From an uncultured delta proteobacterium (GTDB lineage: Bacteria > Desulfobacterota > Desulfobaccia > Desulfobaccales > 0-14-0-80-60-11): a stretch of 64,000 nt of DNA. The position numbers and the translations under genes were made by a program. Positions 9,890-19,493 of this stretch are shown here, in pieces (the first letter of the stretch is position 1; the number at the start of each line of letters is the position of its first letter). Location: assembly GCA_963834795.1 (NCBI GenBank), contig CAWIDL010000032.1, positions 238,278 through 302,277 on the forward strand. The letters run 5' to 3'. The notes below the pieces were generated by a model. The model was not told the DNA's origin, made no database searches, and saw only the letters and a program-made list of their open reading frames with translations.

Positions 9890-10936
9890 ATGTCCCACCC
9901 CATCGATCTGAAGGAATTCACCCTTAACGACATGGAGCGGCTTACGGCCACTTGGGGCCAACCGGCCTTCCGCGGCCGCCAGCTGCTCAAGTGGCTCTAC
10001 AAGGGAGTCTTCGACTTCCGGGAGATGACCGACGTCTCCCGGAGCTTCCAGGAGGAGCTGGGCCGACGGGCCGTCATCGGCCAGCTTCGGGTGGAGCAGG
10101 AGTTGGAGGCCGCCGACGGCTGCCGGAAATTCAGGTTCGCCCTGGGAGACGGCTCGCTGGTGGAGTCGGTCCTCATCCCCGAGGAAGGCCATTACACCCT
10201 GTGCCTGTCCACCCAGGTGGGTTGCGCCCAGGGGTGCCGCTTCTGCCTGACGGCCCGGCGTGGCCTGGTGCGCCAGCTTACGGCCGGGGAGATCGTCGGC
10301 CAGGTGCTGGCGGTGCGCCGCATCCTTAACAAAAAACCCCCGGACGGCCCCTTACCGTTCCTTACCAACCTGGTCTTCATGGGAATGGGGGAGCCCCTGG
10401 CCAATTTTCCCCAATTGGTTAAGGCCCTCACCATGATCACCGCGCCCTGGGGGCTCAACTTCTCGTCCCGGCGCATCACCGTGTCCACCGTGGGGCTGGC
10501 CCCCTTGATCCCGCTCCTGGGGCGGGAGGCCCGGGCCAATCTCACCGTTTCCCTCAACGCCCCGGATGACCGCACCCGCGACCGGCTCATGCCCGTCAAC
10601 CGGCGCTATCCCCTGGCCACACTCCTGGCCGCCTGCCGCAGCTTCCCCCTCCCACGGCACCGGCGCATCACCTTTGCTTACGTCCTGCTGAAAGACCTGA
10701 ACGATGCCCCGGACCAGGCCCGGCAACTGGCCCGGCTGCTGAAGGGCTTCCGCGCCAAGATCAACCTCATCCCCTTCAATCCACACCCCAAACTGCCCTT
10801 CTCCCCGCCTTCCGGGGAACGCCTCCTGGAGTTTCAGGAGATCCTGCGAGCCTCTAATTATACGGTCCTGATCCGGGAGAGCCGCGGCCGGGAGATCGGC
10901 GCCGCCTGCGGCCATTTGGCGGGGACGCGGGCCTGA
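9890..10936 (+). CDS. rlmN: 23S rRNA/tRNA adenine-C2 methyltransferase RlmN (radical SAM)
   Basis: ..FRGRQLLKWLY.., the CLSTQVGCAQGCRFCLT radical-SAM cluster motif and C-terminal ..GREIGAACGHL. Confidence 0.9.
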   Translation: MSHPIDLKEFTLNDMERLTATWGQPAFRGRQLLKWLYKGVFDFREMTDVSRSFQEELGRRAVIGQLRVEQELEAADGCRKFRFALGDGSLVESVLIPEEGHYTLCLSTQVGCAQGCRFCLTARRGLVRQLTAGEIVGQVLAVRRILNKKPPDGPLPFLTNLVFMGMGEPLANFPQLVKALTMITAPWGLNFSSRRITVSTVGLAPLIPLLGREARANLTVSLNAPDDRTRDRLMPVNRRYPLATLLAACRSFPLPRHRRITFAYVLLKDLNDAPDQARQLARLLKGFRAKINLIPFNPHPKLPFSPPSGERLLEFQEILRASNYTVLIRESRGREIGAACGHLAGTRA

Positions 10937-10957
10937 GGTTAGGCGCTCCCTAAAAAG

Positions 10958-10990
10958 CAAGGGCGGTCACCGGACCGCCCTTGCCCTTTA
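10958..10990 (+). terminator. Hairpin terminator candidate downstream of rlmN
   Basis: Perfect 11-bp stem caagggcggtc / gaccgcccttg with a 4-nt loop (accg), 22 nt after the stop. The T-tract is weak (cccttta). Confidence 0.45.
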
Positions 10991-11026
10991 CCTCTCCCTC
11001 TCCGGGGATTATCCGTACCCTAGGGT

Positions 11027-11120
11027 CTGTTTTCTGTTTACTGTTTTCTGTTTTCTGTGAAAGGCAAAATCAAAGTCAAAGGCCCTTTAGCAGAGGCAGA
11101 AAACAGAAAACTGAAAACAG
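11027..11120. repeat. Heptamer-word hairpin repeat, copy 1 (ctgtttt.. / ..aaaacag arms around a conserved core)
   Basis: Sequence is ctgttttctgtttactgttttctgttttctg-[tgaaaggcaaaatcaaagtcaaaggccctttagcagagg]-cagaaaacagaaaactgaaaacag. It is near-identical to 11625..11704. Confidence 0.85.
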
Positions 11121-11138
11121 GATCCAGAGACGCGCCTC

Positions 11139-11531
11139 TCATTTAACCCCCTCCCAGGGGAGTCCGGGGAATTTTCCCTCGTCGCGGCGGTCCACGGCCA
11201 GGCGGTAGTCCCGCTTGCCGATGCCCACCAGGCGGTCTTCCTTAAAAACCAGGGGGGTATAGCCTCCACGCACCGTGTTGGAATCCTCGAAATCCATGCT
11301 GTGAGTCAGGTAAAAATAGAAGGTATAGTGGCCGCCGCGGTAATCCCCATCTTCCCGGATCCCGGGCTGGCCCATGATTCCCGCCACTTCCGACTCGGTC
11401 ATGCCAAGCTTCACGGCATGGAAATGGACGAAATTGCCCCAGATTTCCTTATCGAATCTCTGATAGAGTATCGGCTCGCCGCAGCCAGGCGAAAACATTC
11501 CCAGAATCAGGAGGAGATAGAGCCAAGACAT
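11139..11531 (-). CDS. Small lipoprotein, SmpA/OmlA (BamE)-like
   Basis: Signal peptide ending ..GMFSPGC, followed by ..GMTESEVAGIMGQP.., the typical SmpA_OmlA core. Family assignment is tentative. Confidence 0.55.
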   Translation of the reverse strand: MSWLYLLLILGMFSPGCGEPILYQRFDKEIWGNFVHFHAVKLGMTESEVAGIMGQPGIREDGDYRGGHYTFYFYLTHSMDFEDSNTVRGGYTPLVFKEDRLVGIGKRDYRLAVDRRDEGKFPGLPWEGVK

Positions 11532-11624
11532 GTTTTATCCTTGTACCATGGTTGAATTGCACCCACTAAGATAAACATCACGGCAGATTCCGTCAATCCA
11601 AAGGGCCGCCAGCAGTCTAGAATA

Positions 11625-11704
11625 CTGTTTTCTATTTTCTGTAAAAGGCAAAATCAAAGTCAAAGGCCCTTTAGCAGAGGCAGAAAACAGGAAACAGAAA
11701 ACTG
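11625..11704. repeat. Heptamer-word hairpin repeat, copy 2
   Basis: Same orientation and core (aaaggcaaaatcaaagtcaaaggccctttagcagagg) as 11027..11120. The two copies bracket the lipoprotein gene as direct repeats. Confidence 0.85.
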
Positions 11705-11710
11705 CCTTCA

Positions 11711-12433
11711 CTAGCGCACCGCCAGGCGCAGAAAATTGCTCATAAAGCGGCGAAAATTCCGCCCCATCTCGCTTTCCTGGGATCGGGCCGTGGCCATGAC
11801 GGCCGCGACATCGGCCCCGGAGTCGGTTAGGGCCCAGGCCGCGTCAAATTGCAGCCACCTCTCAATGTCGGCAGGACCGACGTGGTTGTCAAACTGCAGT
11901 CCCACCACTCTGGGCGAGGCCGCCAGGCCCAGGGCTTCCACCGGCGCCGCCGCGGAGCGAGCCAGGATGTCAATCCCCCCGGGCAAGGGCGGCATTACTC
12001 CCTGCCCGTGCCATTTAAAGAGTTGGGGGCGGGCCGGCAACCCTTGAAAAGCCGGATGGGCCAGACCTGCCTGGGTCAGTTCGCCGCCAATAAAGCCCAC
12101 CGACTTTTTGGGCAAGGGGCCCACCCGACAGCCCAGGACGTGACCCAGGAGCTGGTGGCCCAGGCAAAATCCCAGGTAAGCCTTACCCAGGGCCAGCGCC
12201 TGCCTGATGGTCTCCTTCAGGGGCGCCAGGTAGGGAAACTGCTCTTCTTCATCCACATTGGGGGAGCCCCCCAGGACGATGAGCCCGTCAAAGCCGGCTA
12301 CTGCCGGCACCGGCTCATGCCAGGCCTCCAGTATCCGGTAAGTCATCCCGCCCGACTGCAAGGCCGCCAATAGGTGCTGCCCGGGGGCCTCCCAGTCCAG
12401 ATGCTGCACTATCAAAAAATTCTGCCCACCCAT
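11711..12433 (-). CDS. Class-I glutamine amidotransferase-like protein
   Basis: ..FDGLIVLGGSPNV.. and the nucleophile elbow ..YLGFCLGHQLLGHVLG.. (GxCxGxQ) are typical of GATase1. Confidence 0.75.
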   Translation of the reverse strand: MGGQNFLIVQHLDWEAPGQHLLAALQSGGMTYRILEAWHEPVPAVAGFDGLIVLGGSPNVDEEEQFPYLAPLKETIRQALALGKAYLGFCLGHQLLGHVLGCRVGPLPKKSVGFIGGELTQAGLAHPAFQGLPARPQLFKWHGQGVMPPLPGGIDILARSAAAPVEALGLAASPRVVGLQFDNHVGPADIERWLQFDAAWALTDSGADVAAVMATARSQESEMGRNFRRFMSNFLRLAVR

Positions 12434-12544
12434 GCCTCTCGTCCTTGAATCTAAAGATTATCCCGGAGGCCCGGACCCAGGGGCGCAAGAGTCAAGAGAT
12501 TATAGCCTTTTACCCGCCGGCGGAGTAGATTTTAATTAAGCAAT

Positions 12545-12782
12545 CGGTAGTGTCCGGCAACAAGATTGCACGAAGAAACTTACCCTATCTCGCAGTTAAA
12601 CTCTATCCCATTGTAATTTCAACAATATCCATATATTATACCGATGCCACCCAATCTCTCTCCCCTGCGAGGGAAGAGGGAAAAAGCCTGTAAATTCCGG
12701 GAAATGATTAGTATGGGGCATGCCCAAGTTCAAACAGCTCTCTACTGCCTGCCTCATGGCAAAAACCTTGCCGGACACTACT
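12545..12782. mobile_element. MITE copy 2
   Basis: cggtagtgtccggcaa ... ttgccggacactact termini, collinear with copies 1 and 3. This is the shortest copy (~238 bp). Confidence 0.75.
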
Positions 12783-12816
12783 TTTAAGGAATGAAAGAAT
12801 TATCCTGACCTCGTCA

Positions 12817-13590
12817 ATGAGCGAATTTTTGCTGGAGTCTGGCGGCCTGAGCTGCTACCAAAACCCTCTGCTGGCCGCCTTTCCGGAATTGACCCATGGT
12901 TTTTTCACCCGGCGGGGCGGGGTGAGCCTCGGGGCGTATGACAGTCTGAACCTCAGCTTCAACGTGGGGGATCGTCGGGAGGCGGTAGCCGAGAATCGCC
13001 GCCGGGTGCGGGAGGCGCTGGGGCTCAGGGCCCTGGCCAGCGCCAGTCAGAAACATGGACGCCGGGAGGTTGTAGTTGCCGGAGAGCCCCGGCCGAGGCC
13101 CGACGGCGAGTTGGAGGCCGCCGATATCCTGTTCACCCGCCAACCCGGGGTGGGGCTGCTGATCAAACAGGCGGACTGCCAGGCGGTGGTCATTTACGAC
13201 CCGGGCCGCCGGGTGGTGGCCAACATCCACTGCGGCTGGCGCGGCCAGGTGCAGAATGTCCTGGGAACCGCGGTGGCCCGGCTTAAGAAGCAGTTCGGCT
13301 GCCAGCCGGCGGACCTGTACGCTGCCATCAGCCCCAGCCTGGGGCCCTGCTGCGCCGAATTTCGCCACTTCCGCCAGGAATTTCCCCCTGAATTCTGGCC
13401 CTACCAAACGCGGCCCCACTACTTCGACCTCTGGCGCCTCAGCCGGGATCAGTTGCTGGCGGCCGGGCTTAAGGAGGCGCACCTGGCTCTTGCCGGCCTC
13501 TGCACCAGGTGCGGCGCCACGCAATTCTTCTCTTACCGCCGGGAGCGGATCACCGGCCGCCAAGGGACGGTCATCGCCCTCAAAATCTGA
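12817..13590 (+). CDS. pgeF: Peptidoglycan editing factor PgeF / YfiH (laccase-domain, DUF152) protein
   Basis: ..THGFFTRRGGVS..SLNLSFNVGD.., ..ADCQAVVIYDP.., ..HCGWRG.. and a C-terminal ..CT.C....FFSYRR pattern. Confidence 0.85.
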   Translation: MSEFLLESGGLSCYQNPLLAAFPELTHGFFTRRGGVSLGAYDSLNLSFNVGDRREAVAENRRRVREALGLRALASASQKHGRREVVVAGEPRPRPDGELEAADILFTRQPGVGLLIKQADCQAVVIYDPGRRVVANIHCGWRGQVQNVLGTAVARLKKQFGCQPADLYAAISPSLGPCCAEFRHFRQEFPPEFWPYQTRPHYFDLWRLSRDQLLAAGLKEAHLALAGLCTRCGATQFFSYRRERITGRQGTVIALKI

Positions 13591-13614
13591 TCCCCGCCCA
13601 CTTTAAAAAAACCT

Positions 13615-13761
13615 TTACCCCTGCCTGTCGCCCTTCTTGCCGAACTTTTCCTTTAGATCGTTGACCGTCTTCTTGGCGAACTCGACCGCCTGGTCCACCT
13701 GCCGCGGGTACGCGTAGCCCACGTAGACGCCGATGGCAAAGCCCAGAATCAGTAACAACAT
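13615..13761 (-). CDS. Small membrane protein (48 aa), below the ORF-track cutoff
   Basis: Manual translation gives MLLLILGFAIGVYVGYAYPRQVDQAVEFAKKTVNDLKEKFGKKGDRQG*, one TM helix plus an amphipathic tail. An SD-like aaagga lies 8 nt upstream. It fills an otherwise empty gap. Confidence 0.4.
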   Translation of the reverse strand: MLLLILGFAIGVYVGYAYPRQVDQAVEFAKKTVNDLKEKFGKKGDRQG

Positions 13762-13812
13762 GAAATCATCCTTTCCATTCGAGGTTAACCGGTGAAGACC
13801 GCACGGAGAGAA

Positions 13813-14475
13813 TTAGCCGAATTTACAGGTGCCCCGCCCTTCCAGGGAAACCAGGGCTTCCCTGGCCAACTGCGCCACCGTGACGTGGCGCAGCTCTTCG
13901 CGGTCATAGATGGTCACCGGGTTTTCATCATTCGTGAGGGCCTGCAGCTCGGCGGCGGCCCAGCAATAGCCAGCCTTTCCCAGGGCCCAGACCGCCAGGG
14001 CCCGAATTTGCGAGTCGGTACTTGTGAGAAAAGGCACAATAACTGGCAAAACTTCGCCCAGAAGCGAAGGGTGCCGCTCCGCCAGCCGGCCGATGCCCCA
14101 GAGCATGGGGGCCCGGGAAAACTCTTCGGTAAGCAAACCCATAAACATGGGGATAATCTCGTTCACCAGGGATATCTGGTGTCTGCCGATTTCCCCCAGG
14201 GCCGCGGCCGCCCCCCAGCCAAAACTGCCGGAATCCTCGTTCAGCAGCCACAAGAGGCGGCTGATGAGCTTCTGCACCTGGCGGGGATGGGCCCCGGCCA
14301 GCCGCCCCAGGGCCTCCAGGGCTCGCCAGTGCAGCAAGTCCCGGGGGTCATAGAGAAATTGCAGCAGGGTCTCCCCAACCCGCCGGTCAGCGGCCGCCAG
14401 GGCCAGCAGCTCCGGGTAATCCGCTTCCCGGAGCAGCTTCCGCAGTTGTTCCCTGAGGGTCCGTTGATTTACCAA
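13813..14475 (-). CDS. HEAT-repeat protein (DVU0298-like family)
   Basis: Repeated helical units contain ..WRALEALGRL.., ..AAAALGEIG.. and ..IRALAVWALGKAG.. (HEAT/PBS-lyase-like). Confidence 0.6.
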   Translation of the reverse strand: MVNQRTLREQLRKLLREADYPELLALAAADRRVGETLLQFLYDPRDLLHWRALEALGRLAGAHPRQVQKLISRLLWLLNEDSGSFGWGAAAALGEIGRHQISLVNEIIPMFMGLLTEEFSRAPMLWGIGRLAERHPSLLGEVLPVIVPFLTSTDSQIRALAVWALGKAGYCWAAAELQALTNDENPVTIYDREELRHVTVAQLAREALVSLEGRGTCKFG

Positions 14476-14592
14476 GGCTCACTGTGCCCCAGCCTGGTTT
14501 AGCTCATAAAAAAAGGCGGATGGCGGCCCTAAAAAAAAACGGGTGCGGCTCCCTTCCCGGCAAGTGGCCGCGATCCCTGCGATACCAAAAAC

Positions 14593-15000
14593 TTAAAAGG
14601 GAATATCGTCTTCCGGGACGCCTCCGGGAGGCGGCTCAAAGGACGCCTCCGGTTCTTGCAGGCGGTTTCCGCCCGGGCTTCCCAGCATCTGCATGTTTTC
14701 GGCGACGATATCGGTGGTGTAGTGCTTCACCCCGTCTTTTTCATACGATCCGTACTCGATCCGGCCCTCGATCACTACCTGTTTGCCCTTGGACAGATAC
14801 TGGCCGCAGATCTCTGCCAGTTTGCGCCAGACCACAATGCGGTGCCACTCGGTCTTTTCCTGCTTCTGCCCATCTTTGCCGGTGAATCTGCGGCTGGTAG
14901 CCAGCGAGAACTTACACACCGCCGTACCGTCTGCAGTGAATCGCATCTCCGGATCCGCCCCCAGATTGCCCACCAAGATAACCTTATTGACCCCAGCCAT
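14593..15000 (-). CDS. ssb: Single-stranded DNA-binding protein
   Basis: MAGVNKVILVGNLGADPEMRFT..TEWHRIVVW.. OB fold and the acidic tail ..EDDIPF. Confidence 0.95.
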   Translation of the reverse strand: MAGVNKVILVGNLGADPEMRFTADGTAVCKFSLATSRRFTGKDGQKQEKTEWHRIVVWRKLAEICGQYLSKGKQVVIEGRIEYGSYEKDGVKHYTTDIVAENMQMLGSPGGNRLQEPEASFEPPPGGVPEDDIPF

Positions 15001-15138
15001 GGCTCCTCCTTTAGGCCTCGCAGGTATACTTCATCCTCTATCACAGAACCGGCGAGCGGGCAAGGACTTATACCTCAGGGTGGCGGCCAGTCGCCGCCAC
15101 GAATTGACCGCTTCCTGGCAATCACTGCCTGAAGGTTT

Positions 15139-15548
15139 CAGTAGTGTCCGGCAACAAAAATGCACGAAGAAACTTACACTATCCTGCAATTAAACTCTAT
15201 ACCATTGTAATTTCAACGATATCCACATATTATACTGAGCAACCAGATCCCCTCTCCTCTGCGAGGGGAGAGGGAAAAAAACTTGCAAATTTCAGGAAAT
15301 GATCAGCTAGTGTCATGTTTCAGAAATACCTTTAAAAATATCTGCATGTTCTTGTAGCCGCAGGCTTTAGCCTGCGCTCATTTTATTAAGGATTTTCGCA
15401 AGCTTAAGCTTGCGGCTACATTTAACGGCCTAAAGATGAAGGACATTTTTTATTAAAGGAAGATCTGAGACATGACACTAGTGGGCCTGCCTGATTCAAA
15501 CGGCTCCCTACTGCCTGCCTCAAGCAATAACCTTGCCGGACACTACTG
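15139..15548. mobile_element. MITE copy 3 (carries a nested insertion)
   Basis: Perfect termini cagtagtgtccggcaa ... ttgccggacactactg. Collinear with copies 1 and 2 except for the 165-bp insert at 15313..15477. Confidence 0.8.
15313..15477. mobile_element. Nested mini-element inside MITE copy 3
   Basis: Bounded by the 12-bp inverted repeat tcatgtttcaga / tctgagacatga and flanked by a direct duplication ctagtg (15307-15312 and 15478-15483). Copies 1 and 2 contain that motif only once (gattagCTAGTGggcatgcc). Confidence 0.6.
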
Positions 15549-15579
15549 ACCACGGCAAAGATTTCCGGAGACAATCTAG

Positions 15580-16326
15580 ATGAAAAACTCACTCATCAGC
15601 TTGGTGGCCATGATGGTGCTGCTTCTGTCCGCTTCCGGCGGCCAGGCGGCGGAACCGGATAAAATGGCCCGGGCCGACGCCCTGATGGAGAGCCCTGCTT
15701 TGGATTCCCAGCAGGCGCAGCAGGCCCTGGCCCTCTATGAAGAGCTGCTGCCAGGATCCCCGCTGTTGTTGGTCCGGCTGGCGCGCACCTGCTTCGTTTT
15801 GGGGGATATGGCCCCCGACGCCTCCCGGGCCGGCTATTATGAGAAAGGTCTGACCTACGCCGAAAAACTCGTGGCCCAACAGCCTGACGGGGTCGCCGGC
15901 CATTACTGGAAGGCCTTGAATCTGAGCGGTCTGGCCGACGTCAACCGCCTCCGCGGCTTTAAACTGCTGCCGCAAATCATGGACGAACTCGAACGGTCCC
16001 TGGCCCTGGATGAAACCTTTGACCAGGCCGGGGCCCACCGGGTGTTGGGGCGCATCTATTTTGAGGCGCCCGGCTGGCCCGTGTCGGTGGGAGACCGGAA
16101 AAAATCCTTGGAGCAGCTAACAGCCGCGGTCCGCCTGGCGCCGGACAACAGCACGAACCACCTCTATCTGGCGGAAACCTTGCTGGCCATGGGGGGGAAG
16201 GCCCAGGCCCGAGAGGAGCTGGAGAAGGTTTTGCAGCCCCGGCGCCACGCCATCAGCCCGCAGGACCTGGAGGAAGATCACCGGGAAGCCCGGGGCCTGC
16301 TAAAAAAGCTGGAGGAGCAGGAATGA
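15580..16326 (+). CDS. Secreted TPR protein, TatT-like (TRAP-T-associated TPR component family)
   Basis: Signal peptide MKNSLISLVAMMVLLLSASGGQAA, then ..GHYWKALNLSG.. and ..GRIYFEAPGWPVSVGDRKKS..; the overall layout resembles TatT-family proteins. Confidence 0.55.
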   Translation: MKNSLISLVAMMVLLLSASGGQAAEPDKMARADALMESPALDSQQAQQALALYEELLPGSPLLLVRLARTCFVLGDMAPDASRAGYYEKGLTYAEKLVAQQPDGVAGHYWKALNLSGLADVNRLRGFKLLPQIMDELERSLALDETFDQAGAHRVLGRIYFEAPGWPVSVGDRKKSLEQLTAAVRLAPDNSTNHLYLAETLLAMGGKAQAREELEKVLQPRRHAISPQDLEEDHREARGLLKKLEEQE

Positions 16327-16343
16327 GTTCTGAGTTTTGAGTT

Positions 16344-16390
16344 GTAGGGGCGACAGTGGCACAGGCTTCCAGCCTGTGATCTGGTCGCCC
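16344..16390 (+). repeat. Two-tier hairpin repeat (family A), copy 1
   Basis: Sequence gtaggggcgacagtggcacaggcttccagcctgtgatctggtcgccc. Outer stem is gggcgac/gtcgccc; inner perfect stem is cacaggct/agcctgtg. Confidence 0.85.
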
Positions 16391-16682
16391 GGTTTCGAGT
16401 TTCGAGTTCCTTTAACCAGACACCCAGGGCGTGCTAGGCACGCCGCCTGAGGTTCGGCGGCCACGAGCCGCCCTAGTAACTGGACAAGCTTTCCCTTATC
16501 CCTATAATAATTACATAATTACCTTACAACCTGGTGCTTTGATGATTATGTTAAAATATTATTTTGGGGGAGAATCCTATCCGCAAGAGAAGGCTCAGGC
16601 CGGACTGGGGGAGGCGTGCACGCATCATCCGGCCGATTTGCCTGCTACCCCAAAAAACCGAATTTGCGCTTAAGGGACGAGC

Positions 16683-19493
16683 TTGCTTCCTGAGAATAGC
16701 TTAAATCGACGTATCAAGATTTTTCTCAAGGGGATAGAACTCTTCGCCTGGAACATCATTGTAGTCTCCGTGTTGCTGGCCGGGGTGGCAGTCTATTATA
16801 CTTTTCATGGCCTGACCATCCGCACCAGCCGGAATGACCTGGTGGCCAGCGATAGGCGCCTCCTTCAACTCACCCACCAAATGGATCGGGCTTTCGGAGG
16901 CCGGGACGGCTTGGTGGTGGTGGTGGAAAACGGCCACCCCGAGGTGACCACTAAATTCGCCGATGCCCTGGCAACCGAGTTGCGCCGCTATCCCGACCGG
17001 TTTCCCGATCTCTTTTATCGCCTGGACCCGAAGAGTTTCACGCGCTGGGCCCTTGTCTATTTGGATACCAATGACCTGATCAAGCTCAAAGATAACCTGG
17101 TGGGTCAGAAAAATCTGTTGTCCGGACTGGCTGCCGAGCCGGGCCTGATGACTTTCTATAAGCTGGTTAACGAACAGATGACCCGGGCCATGATCGGCAA
17201 TCTGTTCACCGGGTTTCTGACAGAAGACAAAGGGCAAGAGCAGCCCGACCTAGACCTCTTAAACGCCAGCCTCAAAGAATTGCGTCTTAGCCTGGAAGGG
17301 AACCACCCTTATGTCTCTCCCTTGAATGCCCTTTATCCCAAGGAGTTGGGCGACCTTAGCCAAGAGGGCTACTTTTTTACGGAGAATAACAAATTCCTGA
17401 TGTTCCTGGTTACTCCGCAGCCCGACGGCTACAAGACCATCCATGAGGATGTAAAACTCCTGCGGGACGCGGTGGCTCGGGTTAAAGGCCGATTCCCCGA
17501 GATCCAGGCGGGGGTTACCGGACCGGACGCATTGCAATCGGATGAAATGAGCAGCGCCATGAAGGATGTGACCCTGGCCACCTGGTTATCCCTGTTAAGC
17601 CAGATGATCTTGCTCATCGTCTTTCTGCGGAGCCTGAAGCGGACCTTGGCGGAAGGGATGGCGCTGATTATCGGCATGTGCTGGACTTTTGGGTTGGTTA
17701 CCCTGGTGGTGGGGCATCTGAATATCCTTTCGCTGGTCTTTGCACCCTTACTCCTGGGGCTCACTATCGATTACGGCATCCATTGGTTCTGCCGCTTGGA
17801 AGAAGAGCTAGCGGGCCAACATTGCAGCGCCGAAGCCCTGGCGCGCACTTTTCGCAGGTCGGCCCCGGGCATCATTTATGCGGGCCGGGCGGCGATAGTT
17901 TCCTTTTTGCCCCTGGCCTTTGTGAGCTTCAAGGGCTTGGCCGAATTGGGGCTGATCCTCATCATGGGCGTTGTGGCGATGCTGGTCGCCACTCTGTTGC
18001 TGGTACCGGCCCTGGTCATGGTCAGTGAAAGATGCGCGCCGGCTGGAATTCCCGAGCATCGTCCGGCGTCCCCCAGCCCTTTTCTGCACTTGCATTGGAC
18101 CCATCGCCGGTTGATCGTGGCGCTGGGGGTCTTGATCACGGCTCTGGGCGGCGTCTGTCTGCTACAGGTTCCCTTTGATTTAAATCCCCTGCATCTGCAA
18201 AATCCCAAAACCGAATCAGTGGTGTGGGAAAACAAGCTCCTGGAAGGTTCCAAATATTCCACGTCTTACGGCGCCCTGGCCACCGCGACGCTGGAGGAGC
18301 TGGAGGCCAGGAGTGAGGCGTTGAAAAAGCTGTCCACGGTTTCGCATGTGGAATCGGTGCTATCTTTTCTGCCCGCCAAGATGGGGGAGAAGCGCCGGAT
18401 TTTGACCGAGATGGAGCCGGTCTTGAACTCGGTAAATTTTGCCGGCGCCACGGCCAGGCCTGCCAACCCCAAGGAATTGACCGCCATTTTAGGGCGGATT
18501 AATTTTAAGGTGGGTGAAGCCGCCAAAAATTTGGGACAAGAAGAGGCGGCCACTAAACAGCAGGTAGAAGAGACCCATCAGCTGATCAATAAAATCATCC
18601 CCCTGCTTAATACGGACCTGAATCCCCAGGCCGCGGCGCGCCTGGCCGACTTCAATCACGATTTTGGCGCGGATCTAAAAGACAAATGGGGCCTGCTGCG
18701 GGATTATGCGAAATCAGCCCTGGACTCAGCCCCGCCCACACAGGCGAATTTGCCCCGGTCCGTGCAGGAGCGGTTCATCAGCCCGCAAGGGACTTATCTA
18801 CTCAGGGTGTTTCCTTCCCAGGATGTCTGGAATTTTGAACCCCTGAAACTGTTCGTGAATAGTCTCTGGAGCGTCGACCCCAATGTGGTGGGGGATCCGG
18901 TGCTCCTCTATGTCTTTACCAGGGGCTTTCGCAATTCCGTCCTCTTCGCCGCAGGAATTGCCTTGGTGGCCATTGCCGCCATGCTGGTGATATTTTTCCG
19001 CAGCCTGACATTGGCGCTGCTGGCCTTTATTCCCCTGGTGGTGGGGACCGGCCTAACCTTGATCCTGATGTGGGTTCTGAACCTCTCCTTCAATCAGGCC
19101 AATGTGCTTTTCCTGCCATTAATTTTGGGAGAGGGGATCGAATTTGGGATAATCATCCTGACCCGCTGGCAGCTGGAGGAATCGACCCGGGCCATTGCTC
19201 TGCCGGCCAGTACCGCCAAAGGGGTGGCCCTGGCGGCCTTGACCACCACCGTGGGGTTCGGGAGCTTGATGGTCTCCGGACACAGGGGCATCTTCAGCCT
19301 GGGGCTATTGGCGACGGTGGGAAGCCTCAGCGTTTTAGTGGCTTCTCTGAGCATTTTGCCGGCCTTTCTCCGTCTGTGGGAAAAAGATTATGAACCGGGG
19401 CAGCCAGCCGTTGCCCATTATCTGGGTTTAGGACAATGGCTGCACCATAGCTTGAGGAAAAAATCCGATGAAAAAGCAACTCTCGATCATTAG
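16683..19493 (+). CDS. MMPL/RND-superfamily transporter (HpnN-like, 936 aa)
   Basis: Twofold topology: TM1, a large periplasmic loop, a 5-TM bundle, then a second loop and a second 5-TM bundle. This is typical of MMPL/HpnN-type RND exporters. TTG start preceded by aaggga. Confidence 0.8.
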   Translation: MLPENSLNRRIKIFLKGIELFAWNIIVVSVLLAGVAVYYTFHGLTIRTSRNDLVASDRRLLQLTHQMDRAFGGRDGLVVVVENGHPEVTTKFADALATELRRYPDRFPDLFYRLDPKSFTRWALVYLDTNDLIKLKDNLVGQKNLLSGLAAEPGLMTFYKLVNEQMTRAMIGNLFTGFLTEDKGQEQPDLDLLNASLKELRLSLEGNHPYVSPLNALYPKELGDLSQEGYFFTENNKFLMFLVTPQPDGYKTIHEDVKLLRDAVARVKGRFPEIQAGVTGPDALQSDEMSSAMKDVTLATWLSLLSQMILLIVFLRSLKRTLAEGMALIIGMCWTFGLVTLVVGHLNILSLVFAPLLLGLTIDYGIHWFCRLEEELAGQHCSAEALARTFRRSAPGIIYAGRAAIVSFLPLAFVSFKGLAELGLILIMGVVAMLVATLLLVPALVMVSERCAPAGIPEHRPASPSPFLHLHWTHRRLIVALGVLITALGGVCLLQVPFDLNPLHLQNPKTESVVWENKLLEGSKYSTSYGALATATLEELEARSEALKKLSTVSHVESVLSFLPAKMGEKRRILTEMEPVLNSVNFAGATARPANPKELTAILGRINFKVGEAAKNLGQEEAATKQQVEETHQLINKIIPLLNTDLNPQAAARLADFNHDFGADLKDKWGLLRDYAKSALDSAPPTQANLPRSVQERFISPQGTYLLRVFPSQDVWNFEPLKLFVNSLWSVDPNVVGDPVLLYVFTRGFRNSVLFAAGIALVAIAAMLVIFFRSLTLALLAFIPLVVGTGLTLILMWVLNLSFNQANVLFLPLILGEGIEFGIIILTRWQLEESTRAIALPASTAKGVALAALTTTVGFGSLMVSGHRGIFSLGLLATVGSLSVLVASLSILPAFLRLWEKDYEPGQPAVAHYLGLGQWLHHSLRKKSDEKATLDH

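Noticed and set aside
16431-16673. 80-aa ORF upstream of the RND gene.
   Set aside because: It begins in hairpin repeats (ggcgtgctaggcacgcc, cggcggccacgagccgcc) and has mixed composition with no SD or domain. It is more likely 5' leader or promoter DNA.
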